This document shows, one piece after another, positions 38,141 to 47,055 of a DNA stretch of 53,553 bases; positions within the stretch are counted from its first letter, which is position 1; each line of letters opens with the position of its first letter. This DNA comes from a virus (lineage: Duplodnaviria; Caudoviricetes). The notes below the pieces were generated by a model, which made no database searches, was not told where the DNA came from, and saw only the letters and a list, made by a program, of their open reading frames with translations. A program made the translations under genes and the position numbers. Location: positions 1-53,553 of the IMG/VR virus record IMGVR_UViG_3300039071_000075; one strand, 5' to 3'.

Positions 38141-38632
38141 ATGAAACTTCCTCCAGTAAAGATCAAATCTAATGATTTCCCTGCTGATCAAAAGAAGATG
38201 GCAGATGCCATTGGAGGAATTTTAAACCCTTTCATAGATGAGCTTGTGCGTGGATTTAATAAGAATCTTAGCGTAGAAGAGAACCTTCCTTTTGAATTTG
38301 TAACTCTTGATACTATAGTGGATGAGTCAGGTTCTCCTTTAATAAATAACCGAATCCGTACTACTTTGAAAAACTTCAAAGGGTACATCTGCGTGAACCT
38401 CATAGAACTTAAAAACTCTGACTTAGGAGTTGGAGAATTCATATTGGATGAAATGGGAGCAATCTTAACGACTGAGGCAGGCGAGAATATAGGAGCGGAT
38501 AGCTCTGGAGTCTTCCCCAGCGCAACCCCTTTTCTAACAGTACAAGTTACTGGAAATGACTGTCTAATACGGAATATCGCTGGGTTACGTCCTAGAGTTA
38601 ACTATAGATTAATTCTCCTAGGCATCAGTTAA
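38141..38632 (+). CDS. tail-associated protein
   Basis: Coupled downstream of nozzle gene. Confidence 0.5.
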   Translation: MKLPPVKIKSNDFPADQKKMADAIGGILNPFIDELVRGFNKNLSVEENLPFEFVTLDTIVDESGSPLINNRIRTTLKNFKGYICVNLIELKNSDLGVGEFILDEMGAILTTEAGENIGADSSGVFPSATPFLTVQVTGNDCLIRNIAGLRPRVNYRLILLGIS

Positions 38633-38635
38633 TAA

Positions 38636-38646
38636 TAACAAATATT
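38636..38646 (+). promoter_or_regulatory. putative late promoter box (TAACAAATATT)
   Basis: Upstream of ejection-protein cluster. Confidence 0.65.
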
Positions 38647-38706
38647 TATTAGAGAGTACCTGTTATTTAGGGTATAATTTTAAAGTAAGTTCTACGAGAG
38701 GATTGT

Positions 38707-39807
38707 ATGGGTGGAATCATAGGCAGTGCTGTAGGTGGTTTTTTTGGGAACCAAGCTCAAGGAAAAAGATTTGATACGGCAAGAGGTGAATTGGATCAGG
38801 CGACTGCCGGATTTCAAAACGCTGGATCTCAACTTCAGGGAACAAAATACGATCCCTCCCGTTATGCCAGAGAAAAGGGCTTTTTACAGGATAGAATTGC
38901 AGGCGGAGGAATTACTGCAAAAGAAAGAAAAATGCAAGAAGAGGGAGATCTTCGCGCAGGACAAAGTGCTGCAGCCGCAAGAAGAGCCGCACTGGAGCAG
39001 ATGTCAAGAACTGGACAAGGTCTCAGTGGTTCGGGAGCTGCACTAGCTTCTGCTCTTGCTGGCGGTCAGTCCGCCATGGCAGCTCAATCAGCAGCCAATT
39101 TAGAAAGAGAAGCTTCTGCTGCAAACCGACTTGAGCAGGATATTAGAAGAACTACTGACATGTCAAGAGAAGGAACTTTAGAAGAAGCCAACTTGGCTAA
39201 TTTAAAAGCTCAGATAGACTTAGCAAAAGCGGGAGGAATTGGAAACATTAGATCTAATCTTGCCGGGATGCAACTTCAAAAGGGACAACAAGAGGGAGCT
39301 GCTTGGGGAGCCGGAGGAGATCTTGTAGGGGGTCTTGCTGGAGGTTTGTTGTGCTTTGAAGAAGGAACTGAATTCTTAATGGAAGATCACTCTACTAAGA
39401 AAATAGAAGACATTAAGCTTGGCGAATATATGGCGCATGGTAAAATGGTGACCGAAATTGGTCAATCTTTTAGTACTGACGTATATGATTACCAAGGAAT
39501 CAAGGTCACTGGAAGTCATGCCGTTTTTGAAGATGGAGCTTATATTCGAGTGAGCGACAGTAAACACTCCAAAAAGATAAACTCATCTGTTCCAGTAAGA
39601 ATTTATTTCTTATCGAATGAAAAACACATTATGATTTCTTCAAATGAGACTGTATTTTCAGACAATATGGAAGTCGATGCTGATATTAGTCTAGAGGCAT
39701 CTCTACAGATTCTAAATAGTCAAAAATCTATAGAGTTTACAAACTCAGTAGTGAACAAACTACAAGCAAAAAACGGAAAACTTCATACTCTTCGGAGAAT
39801 TAAGTAA
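38707..39807 (+). CDS. putative ejection (internal virion) protein with C-terminal Hint domain
   Basis: G/A/Q-rich helical N-part; CFEEGT...KKIEDIKLGE (block A), VTGSH (block B). Confidence 0.8.
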   Translation: MGGIIGSAVGGFFGNQAQGKRFDTARGELDQATAGFQNAGSQLQGTKYDPSRYAREKGFLQDRIAGGGITAKERKMQEEGDLRAGQSAAAARRAALEQMSRTGQGLSGSGAALASALAGGQSAMAAQSAANLEREASAANRLEQDIRRTTDMSREGTLEEANLANLKAQIDLAKAGGIGNIRSNLAGMQLQKGQQEGAAWGAGGDLVGGLAGGLLCFEEGTEFLMEDHSTKKIEDIKLGEYMAHGKMVTEIGQSFSTDVYDYQGIKVTGSHAVFEDGAYIRVSDSKHSKKINSSVPVRIYFLSNEKHIMISSNETVFSDNMEVDADISLEASLQILNSQKSIEFTNSVVNKLQAKNGKLHTLRRIK

Positions 39808-40139
39808 TGAGCTTGTATGCTGAGTACTTGCTTGAAAAAGAAAACAAACACTATATTGAAATGGATGGAGGATTTATCACTTTTCTTCTCATCCCAGAAA
39901 ATAGAGAATGTTTCATTGAGACGGTTTTTGTAAAGAAAGAAAAAAGAAATGAAGGATTGGCTGTTAAGTTAGAAGCTGAAGTTATTAAGATAGCCAAAGA
40001 AGCAGGGTGTAGTTTTTTGTCTGGAGTTGTTTACCCCGGATCTGTAAACAGCACAGAATCTATGAAAGTAATGTTGCAAGTAGGATATAAACTTCATTCT
40101 TGTGACGGTGTTAAGATAAATATTGTAAAGGAAATTTAG
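39807..40139 (+). CDS. GNAT acetyltransferase 1
   Basis: FVKKEKRNEGLA motif A; GY near C-terminus. Confidence 0.8.
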   Translation: MSLYAEYLLEKENKHYIEMDGGFITFLLIPENRECFIETVFVKKEKRNEGLAVKLEAEVIKIAKEAGCSFLSGVVYPGSVNSTESMKVMLQVGYKLHSCDGVKINIVKEI

Positions 40140-40140
40140 T

Positions 40141-40596
40141 ATGTTCTTTGATTTAACTAAGACCATGAGAGCACCCAAAGAGGAAGCTGATCAAAAAGAG
40201 CCAACTTTAGAGAGTTCAATAAAAAAATTTACAAAATCTACAATGAATCCAAGCCCATCTTCAGAAGATGGAGCTGCTTATGACGATGCTGGACTTCCCA
40301 CTGTCCGAGGCATTGGCGCAGTTATGCGGCAACAGCGTCAGAATCTTGCCCAAGCTATCAAAGACCCTTCTAAAGAATCTGACTATAATCCTTTTGCTGG
40401 AGTAGGAAGAGCGATAAAGGGATATGTAGCAGAGCAGGCAAAAAAAGAAAAGCAAGACTCGGACAAAAATCAAGAAATGATGAATAGTTCGGAGAACATG
40501 GATAACATTAAGGCTGCAAAAGATTCGGACTTGGCGAAAAGTAAAAAACCAAGATACGAAAGAATAAGAAAATTAACTAAAACTGATTGGGCTTGA
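40141..40596 (+). CDS. putative internal virion protein
   Basis: Low-complexity helical protein in the ejection cluster. Confidence 0.55.
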   Translation: MFFDLTKTMRAPKEEADQKEPTLESSIKKFTKSTMNPSPSSEDGAAYDDAGLPTVRGIGAVMRQQRQNLAQAIKDPSKESDYNPFAGVGRAIKGYVAEQAKKEKQDSDKNQEMMNSSENMDNIKAAKDSDLAKSKKPRYERIRKLTKTDWA

Positions 40597-40610
40597 TTGA
40601 CAGGTTCTTT

Positions 40611-40940
40611 ATGAAACTTTGGGCAGAGTACATTAAAGAGAGAGAGGGAGCAAGTATCATTTACGATGATAATTGTTTCGTAACCTACAAAGAAGTAAAT
40701 GACAACGATATCTTAGTCATCGATTTATATGTAATTCCGGAATTGAGAAAATCTGGAACTGTTCAAAATTTATGGACTAGACTAATACAAGAAACAAATC
40801 CTAAAGTAGTTTACGGTATGACAGACATAGCTGCCCTGAACTGGGAAGCTTCGCATAATTTCATGACTAAATTTGGATTTGTACCTTGTTTAGAAGAAGG
40901 CAACACGATATACTATCGTATGGAGATTGCTAATGGGTAA
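40611..40940 (+). CDS. GNAT acetyltransferase 2 (start likely 40611)
   Basis: LYVIPELRKSG motif A, KFGF; N-terminus MKLWAEYI parallels MSLYAEYL of GNAT 1. Confidence 0.78.
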   Translation: MKLWAEYIKEREGASIIYDDNCFVTYKEVNDNDILVIDLYVIPELRKSGTVQNLWTRLIQETNPKVVYGMTDIAALNWEASHNFMTKFGFVPCLEEGNTIYYRMEIANG

Positions 40941-41535
40941 GAAAATTAAAATGCCTAAGATTACGCTTCCTAAGAAGCTTAACCCACTAGATGTAATCGC
41001 TCCGGTTGCTCAGATAGGAAATGCTCTGCTGAAACCTCTCTTTGGAGGAAGTGGGGGAGGCGGAGGATCTGCAGGTGCTCCAGCACCAGTTGCTACACAA
41101 GGCGATCAACCAACTGCACCTGACACAAGACAGAGCTGGCAAGTTCCCGGAGATCCTAATTGGCAAGGAACTGCGCCAACAAATCCAGTAGTCAATCCGT
41201 ACAGTGCCCCTAGAGTAGATCCTAGACGTTCCGTTCTTCGTAACAGAACTATAGATACTCAGAACAGAAATTATCAATTTCAACCTAGATTTAACAATAT
41301 AAGAACTTATTTAGGAAACGTTCAACAACCTGCGCAACAAACCCCAGCACAGCAAGCTCCTGTGCAGCAAACTCAACAACCACAGCCAACTCAGCCACCA
41401 CAAACAACTCCGCAGTCTCCGGTAAGTCAGCCAAGACCTGCCCCTCAAGTATTGCCAGCCCCTGCAGCTCCTGATATGTCAGATCCTCGAATGGCACTAG
41501 CAATGCAAAGAATGAACGCAAATAGATCTATCTAA
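40933..41535 (+). CDS. Pro/Gln-rich putative internal virion protein (start MGKK)
   Basis: GGAG RBS; disordered P/Q tract. Confidence 0.6.
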   Translation: MGKKIKMPKITLPKKLNPLDVIAPVAQIGNALLKPLFGGSGGGGGSAGAPAPVATQGDQPTAPDTRQSWQVPGDPNWQGTAPTNPVVNPYSAPRVDPRRSVLRNRTIDTQNRNYQFQPRFNNIRTYLGNVQQPAQQTPAQQAPVQQTQQPQPTQPPQTTPQSPVSQPRPAPQVLPAPAAPDMSDPRMALAMQRMNANRSI

Positions 41536-41551
41536 AATAAATTGGTATAGT

Positions 41552-43123
41552 ATGAAAAAAACAGACACCTACAGAATGCCGCTTGAAATAGAAGAGTACG
41601 CTCGTAAGTTATTTCCGGGAGTCGCTGTATCTGATACGCAAGTTGCCCCAGAAAGCATAGAGCCTGCGCTCCAGCAGGCAATAAGCTCTCCTATTGTGCA
41701 ACCAGAGGAACTAGAGCCAGAACAAGATATTGTTGCCGAGGTCTTAGCTCGTCCTACAATTTCAGAGCCTGTTAAAGACGCCCCTCTTCCCATAGCAGAA
41801 GTTCAAAAGAATGTGGAAAAAGTGGCACAAGAGGTTCAGCCGGAACTAGCCAGATCTCCCGCTCAAAAAGTCGATGTAGACGAATTGATCAAACAACAAA
41901 ACGAGGCAGAAGATCAAGCAGATCTTCTTAAGCAAGTAGCTATTTTTAGAGATGCATTTATTTCCGCAGGAGGAACTCAAAAAGTAGAAACGGATAAGAG
42001 CGTCTACGATACTTTAAAAGAAAGAGCAAAGAGACCTCTTAAGAATTTAATGCTTAAGATGGAACTTGAACAGACCAATGCAAAAAACGATCCCAGTAGT
42101 TCCGTTTCTAAATTAGCTAGAAAGTCCCTAGTAGATTTGGGTATGAATATGGAAGGAATGGATGACGTTTCTTATGGTCAAATTGAAAAGATGTATCCTA
42201 CTTTAGCGCAATCTTTGTACACTGGTATCAGTGCAAAGGCGCGAGTAGAACAAGCTAAATTAAACTCTGAGCTAAGGAGAGAGGAGCTTGGAGTTAAAGC
42301 AGAACAAACAAAAGCTAATATACAGAATCAACAAGATCGCATTGACGTTCTAAGAGAGCAGATTCGGCAAAGAGAGGATGCAGTAAGAGCAGGACTGTTG
42401 AGTAAAGAAGAAGACCGAGAACTTAGAAAACAATTACAACAAGACAAGTTGGAGCTAGAAAAGTACAAGCAACAAGTCCAACAAGAAAGAGATGAGAAGA
42501 AGAAAGAGGATAGAAAAGAAGAGAAAGAGTATAGCAGGTACAGTCAAGCTGCAACTAGAGCGGATAGAATCACAGCAGCAATGCAAAAGAGTACTCCTTA
42601 TAAACTATTCAATGGAGCTAAAGGAGCGCAATCCATGTTGGCACAGGCTTTAATAGACAACGATGCTGACAAAAGAGTATCTGCAGCCAGTGGATTTTTT
42701 GCTTTTGGTAAAACCGCCCAAGGTGATGACTCGGTACTTCGAGATTCAGATATGAGAGTTTTGGCTGGACAGCTAGGATATAGTCCCAGCGAACTTCTTA
42801 GCAAGGGGGAGAATCTCTTCAAGGGCGTTTCTTTCACGGATGCACAGCTTCGAGGTATGATGAAGGTTGCTAAGAGAATCGAAGAAATCAAAAAAGCGGA
42901 AATTGGAAGAGACTACATTCAGCCAATGAAAGCTCAAGCTGAGAAATACGGGTATGACCTTAAAGAAAGTATATCCCCAGACCTACTAAAAGAATTCGAA
43001 CCTAAAGAACCGGAACTCTCTCCGATGCAGAGAATTGAGTTGAAGCAAAAACAAATATCGGATAGACTAGAACAGCTACGCCAAAGAGAAGCTGAGCTAA
43101 TGAGTAAAAAACAACAGAGATAA
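41552..43123 (+). CDS. putative ejection protein, coiled-coil
   Basis: Long charged helices; position in cluster. Confidence 0.6.
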   Translation: MKKTDTYRMPLEIEEYARKLFPGVAVSDTQVAPESIEPALQQAISSPIVQPEELEPEQDIVAEVLARPTISEPVKDAPLPIAEVQKNVEKVAQEVQPELARSPAQKVDVDELIKQQNEAEDQADLLKQVAIFRDAFISAGGTQKVETDKSVYDTLKERAKRPLKNLMLKMELEQTNAKNDPSSSVSKLARKSLVDLGMNMEGMDDVSYGQIEKMYPTLAQSLYTGISAKARVEQAKLNSELRREELGVKAEQTKANIQNQQDRIDVLREQIRQREDAVRAGLLSKEEDRELRKQLQQDKLELEKYKQQVQQERDEKKKEDRKEEKEYSRYSQAATRADRITAAMQKSTPYKLFNGAKGAQSMLAQALIDNDADKRVSAASGFFAFGKTAQGDDSVLRDSDMRVLAGQLGYSPSELLSKGENLFKGVSFTDAQLRGMMKVAKRIEEIKKAEIGRDYIQPMKAQAEKYGYDLKESISPDLLKEFEPKEPELSPMQRIELKQKQISDRLEQLRQREAELMSKKQQR

Positions 43124-43125
43124 AT

Positions 43126-45240
43126 ATGCTAACACCTGAAGAAGAGTTGGAACTAGCTGAAATTCAAAAAGAAAGAGAATCTCTGCAGATGGAGTATTCT
43201 TCTATTGATGAAGAGCTAAAAAAACTACAAGCTCCCGAGCCTGTCGAACCTCAAGTAGCCGCTCCCGTAGAGGAGAAAGGAATACTTGATCGTATTCAAC
43301 CTGTAATAGAAGAGGGACTTGGTATTGCAGGAGCACTCTCAAGAGGAGTAGCGCAGGGGTTTACTAATGAATTTGCTGACGAAGGCTTGGCAAAATTAAC
43401 TGGAACTTCCAAAGAAGAGATGCAACAGGACTTCGAACAGTCCGAGAAAGAACGTCCAATCACCACAGGAATTGGTAATTTAATTGGAGGAGTGGCTCAA
43501 GGTGCTGCTCTATCTACGTTAACGGGAGGAGCAGGTGCTCCTGCAGCAGTAGCCTCTACTCTTGCCAAAGTAAATAGCCTATCCAAATTACTAAAAAATA
43601 CAGCTAAAGGACTCTCTATCGGTTCTACGATGGGAGCTTTAACTTCAGCAGGTGCATCTAAGAAAACTCTAGAAGAGCAACGCGCAGAAGGATTTAAAGA
43701 GGCAAAAGAAGGAGCAAAGGGAGGAGCCGTAGTAGGCGGTACTTTATCTGGTGTAGCGGGAACGATTGGCGCAGGAGTTACTAAAGTAGCAGATAAGATT
43801 TCTAAGGCTATAGACGAAGGAAAATATCCTGCAGTAGCCCGTCTGGTTCGTCAAGGTTGGAGATCTGGAAAAGAAGGCAAGGGATTTTCTGGAGAGATCA
43901 ACAAAGATAAGTATGTAGACGAAGCCTATGACATTGCTGAGAACGTAGTAAGACCGAAGATTACTTCAACTCTTACAGATCTTAGAGAAGTTCGTGATTA
44001 TATCGTAGAGAATTCAGAGGGCACGATTGACCTTAGTATTCCAGTTCAAACTCTAAATGCGGAGTTGAAGAAGATTGGATTCCAAGAAGCAGATCTTCTA
44101 CGCAAGGGAATTGAGAAAAACTTTAGAGGTATATCTAGTAAAGGCTATATAACTCTTGCGGACGCAAATAGATTTGCAAAGACTCTACAAGATGAAATGT
44201 ACAACAAACCTGAACTATCTAGTCAGATTAAGAAAGTTGTATTTGAGACTCAGAACTCTATTAAGAACATGGTAAAGGATAGAATTCCTGCTAGAAAAGC
44301 GGTGGAAGTTCTGTCAAAAAATCCTGCTCAACTCGAAAAATATCGTAAATATGTATCCAATCTTCCCGATTCTGAAATGGCAGAGATGCTATCTACTCAA
44401 GCAAGATTGTCGCCCGAGCAGGCACTTGATAAGGCTAAAGAAATAAAAGATACGCTCAAAGTTATGGGTGAAGTCTTTAAAGATGAAGATCCTGAGATTA
44501 TTGGAAGCATTATGCTTGATCCAAAAATCAAAAACTACATGGATCAAATTCTTAAAGTAACCCATCCTGTAAAAGTACTTGACTCCAAGATGTCCAAGAT
44601 TTTAGAATCTTCCAAAATTTTAGGAGAAGTAACTACTGGAAAGGGCGAAGCTGAGATGGTGGATGACGTTATCAAGATATTTAAAAATATCATAACGCAG
44701 CCAAAAGACGGACAGTCTGCTTACTTAGCCAAAAAGAAATATGAAAAGTCTATGGAACTTCTTCGAGAAGCTATTCCAGAATTGGCTGATGTTATTGATT
44801 CTAGAATTAAACCAGCCTTAGCGGATCTTGAACTTCAGAGATATATCGAAGGAGCAGGATTCGATCAGAGCGTTAAAGACAGCGGTATACTACGCAAAGT
44901 TATAGGAGACGTAGGAAGGCTTGGAACTCAAGCTGCTAACATTACCTCTCAGACGCTTCAGGCGGCTCGTAAAGGCGAAGCTGGACCGATTACAGGTATT
45001 CCGACCAGCACCATGCTGAAACCCGCGATATCCACTTTAAACTCGCTTAAGACCAAGATAGATTTTAAGCTAGAGAGTTCTCCCAACAATAAAGTTTACC
45101 AGTTTTTCTCTAAGTCAATAGATGAAGCTATTCAGAATCAAGACGAAGGAAGAAGAATTGCAGTATTGAACATACTAAATCAGTATGCTCCAATCAGAGA
45201 AATGTTAAAAGAAACAGAAGAAGAGCAGAAATCGCCATAG
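43126..45240 (+). CDS. putative large ejection protein
   Basis: RGVAQGFT..FADE motif and Gly/Ala-rich membrane-insertion segments. Confidence 0.65.
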   Translation: MLTPEEELELAEIQKERESLQMEYSSIDEELKKLQAPEPVEPQVAAPVEEKGILDRIQPVIEEGLGIAGALSRGVAQGFTNEFADEGLAKLTGTSKEEMQQDFEQSEKERPITTGIGNLIGGVAQGAALSTLTGGAGAPAAVASTLAKVNSLSKLLKNTAKGLSIGSTMGALTSAGASKKTLEEQRAEGFKEAKEGAKGGAVVGGTLSGVAGTIGAGVTKVADKISKAIDEGKYPAVARLVRQGWRSGKEGKGFSGEINKDKYVDEAYDIAENVVRPKITSTLTDLREVRDYIVENSEGTIDLSIPVQTLNAELKKIGFQEADLLRKGIEKNFRGISSKGYITLADANRFAKTLQDEMYNKPELSSQIKKVVFETQNSIKNMVKDRIPARKAVEVLSKNPAQLEKYRKYVSNLPDSEMAEMLSTQARLSPEQALDKAKEIKDTLKVMGEVFKDEDPEIIGSIMLDPKIKNYMDQILKVTHPVKVLDSKMSKILESSKILGEVTTGKGEAEMVDDVIKIFKNIITQPKDGQSAYLAKKKYEKSMELLREAIPELADVIDSRIKPALADLELQRYIEGAGFDQSVKDSGILRKVIGDVGRLGTQAANITSQTLQAARKGEAGPITGIPTSTMLKPAISTLNSLKTKIDFKLESSPNNKVYQFFSKSIDEAIQNQDEGRRIAVLNILNQYAPIREMLKETEEEQKSP

Positions 45241-45248
45241 AGGTAGCT

Positions 45249-45581
45249 ATGTCCGTTAATGATAAGTTGGAAAAGATCGAAGAGAAATTAGATAAGTTAA
45301 CTGAAAAGTTACACGATACTAATTTGATTTTGGCAGAGAATACCAAGTCTCTTATCATTCACGAGAAAAGAACTGACATTGCAGAAAAGAAGCTTGAGAT
45401 TGTCCAACAAAGATTAGATCGCCAGATGGAAAGAGAGGGGGGAATTCTGAGAGAAATCGATCAGAAGATTGCACCTATAAAGACACATGTGGATATGGTC
45501 AATCTTACATTCAAGTATATAATTCCAACAATATCTGCCGCTGTTTTGTTTTTCTACAAGCTAGGAATTCTTAAACTTTGA
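45249..45581 (+). CDS. putative holin (coiled coil + C-terminal TM)
   Basis: XhlA-like topology at end of late block. Confidence 0.5.
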   Translation: MSVNDKLEKIEEKLDKLTEKLHDTNLILAENTKSLIIHEKRTDIAEKKLEIVQQRLDRQMEREGGILREIDQKIAPIKTHVDMVNLTFKYIIPTISAAVLFFYKLGILKL

Positions 45582-46133
45582 TATTAGCATTTTTCCGTAG
45601 TTAGATTCTGCAAGCTTCTTATCGCTTTCAGTTTTCGGGGAAATGCACTTGTTATAGTCTTCGATCATCTGACAGAGCAAGTTCTCTTCTACAGAATCAT
45701 AATCCCCGCCATACTCATCTATAACCGTATCACTAAACTTATTGACGTAGTCCTCTAATTCAGTGGCATCTGTAAGAGAGTCCATGAAATCGTTGATATT
45801 ATTTGCTCGAAAAGTCTGACCTGTTGCGTTTGAAATAGTCAGCCCACATCTGTTTCGGGTATTATTTCTATTGTAACATTCCCGTCTCTCTTCCTGAGTT
45901 TGGTGCAAATTCTCAGAACTATACTCTCCATCTTCCGTTTTCTTGAAAGCTCCACTCACATACTCTGCCATAAAGCGATTCAAATAGTCTAAGTCACTAT
46001 CTCCCAGCTTTTTCAAGTAATCCATATCTAGAACTTCAAACCGAGTCTTAGCGTTTAGTCTAGGATTTAGAGCTGGATATTTTTCTAAGTCTCTCTTCTT
46101 TCTGACTTTTTCTTTTGCTTTTGACATAGTCAC
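45561..46133 (-). CDS. hypothetical protein
   Basis: 190-aa ORF, basic N-terminus and acidic C-terminus. Confidence 0.6.
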   Translation of the reverse strand: MTMSKAKEKVRKKRDLEKYPALNPRLNAKTRFEVLDMDYLKKLGDSDLDYLNRFMAEYVSGAFKKTEDGEYSSENLHQTQEERRECYNRNNTRNRCGLTISNATGQTFRANNINDFMDSLTDATELEDYVNKFSDTVIDEYGGDYDSVEENLLCQMIEDYNKCISPKTESDKKLAESNYGKMLISKFKNS

Positions 46134-46407
46134 CCATTAATTTATCGAATTGAATATTACATTTAGCATTGTCCAAAAGGACGTAGTTTTTATTTTTAAT
46201 GTCTAAATCGAGCTGATCAACGAAGCCTTCTAAAGATACTGGATCAGAAGACCATTTCTTGTAGTGATGATATAAATGATTTAAGACTACGGCATAATCG
46301 CCGGAAGTTATTCCAAAATTGTTTTGATAATACTTTACATCTCCAGATTCTTCTTCGAATCCTTCAAAATTCCTAGCAAGCTCTATTAGATCTTCATCGA
46401 GTGCCAT
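46060..46407 (-). CDS. hypothetical protein
   Basis: 115-aa ORF overlapping neighbours. Confidence 0.55.
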   Translation of the reverse strand: MALDEDLIELARNFEGFEEESGDVKYYQNNFGITSGDYAVVLNHLYHHYKKWSSDPVSLEGFVDQLDLDIKNKNYVLLDNAKCNIQFDKLMGDYVKSKRKSQKEERLRKISSSKS

Positions 46408-46768
46408 GTACTAACAATCCTGTAATAACAACTCCAGAAAGAAAAACTATAGTATTTTTCAGTAAGTTCGAATTATCTTCCTTCTGGAGCAGTTCATTAG
46501 TCTTTTCTTGGTATAGACTTAGTCTCTTAGATAGAATGTCAATTTCCATTTCGTTAAGTTTGTTAAGCTTATCGTAAGTTTCTATCTTCTTTTCATAAAC
46601 TTGAATGTCAGTACGAATAGACTTTTCTAGTTCCTTAGTAAACAGAACTCCATCGAAAGGAGCGGGATCGCCCTTCTTTAGAACTTTAACATCTTGCGCA
46701 CTAGCCTGAGAAAACAGGATGGCAAAACTCAAAAACACACTAAGTATAACTAGAAAAAATCTTCTCAT
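46394..46768 (-). CDS. exported coiled-coil protein with C-terminal TM (spanin-like candidate)
   Basis: Signal peptide ASA|Q; KGDPAPFDG; coiled coil; terminal hydrophobic helix. Confidence 0.55.
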   Translation of the reverse strand: MRRFFLVILSVFLSFAILFSQASAQDVKVLKKGDPAPFDGVLFTKELEKSIRTDIQVYEKKIETYDKLNKLNEMEIDILSKRLSLYQEKTNELLQKEDNSNLLKNTIVFLSGVVITGLLVHGTR

Positions 46769-47055
46769 TTTTTAGAATTCCTATCTTTCCAGAAGTCTTC
46801 AATCTCAGAGTCCGAAAGCTCGGAGTTTTTAACTTCCTTAGTAAAAGAAGCAAGCTCCTTTTGAAGCTTGCCCTTTTCAATTTTAACATCTTTTTGCTTT
46901 GATTCCAATTCTTTATCCGCAGCCTGTACTTCTTTTAGCTTAGCCTTAGATCTTAGCGAAGAGTTTACGCGAAACAAAGCAAGAATCGCGGCTCCCATTG
47001 CTACAAGAACTCCCCAGACATACTTCATATTAAAGCTCCATCTGTCTAACTTCAT
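46765..47055 (-). CDS. N-terminal TM + coiled-coil protein (i-spanin-like candidate)
   Basis: YVWGVLVAMGAAILALF then coiled coil. Confidence 0.55.
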   Translation of the reverse strand: MKLDRWSFNMKYVWGVLVAMGAAILALFRVNSSLRSKAKLKEVQAADKELESKQKDVKIEKGKLQKELASFTKEVKNSELSDSEIEDFWKDRNSKK

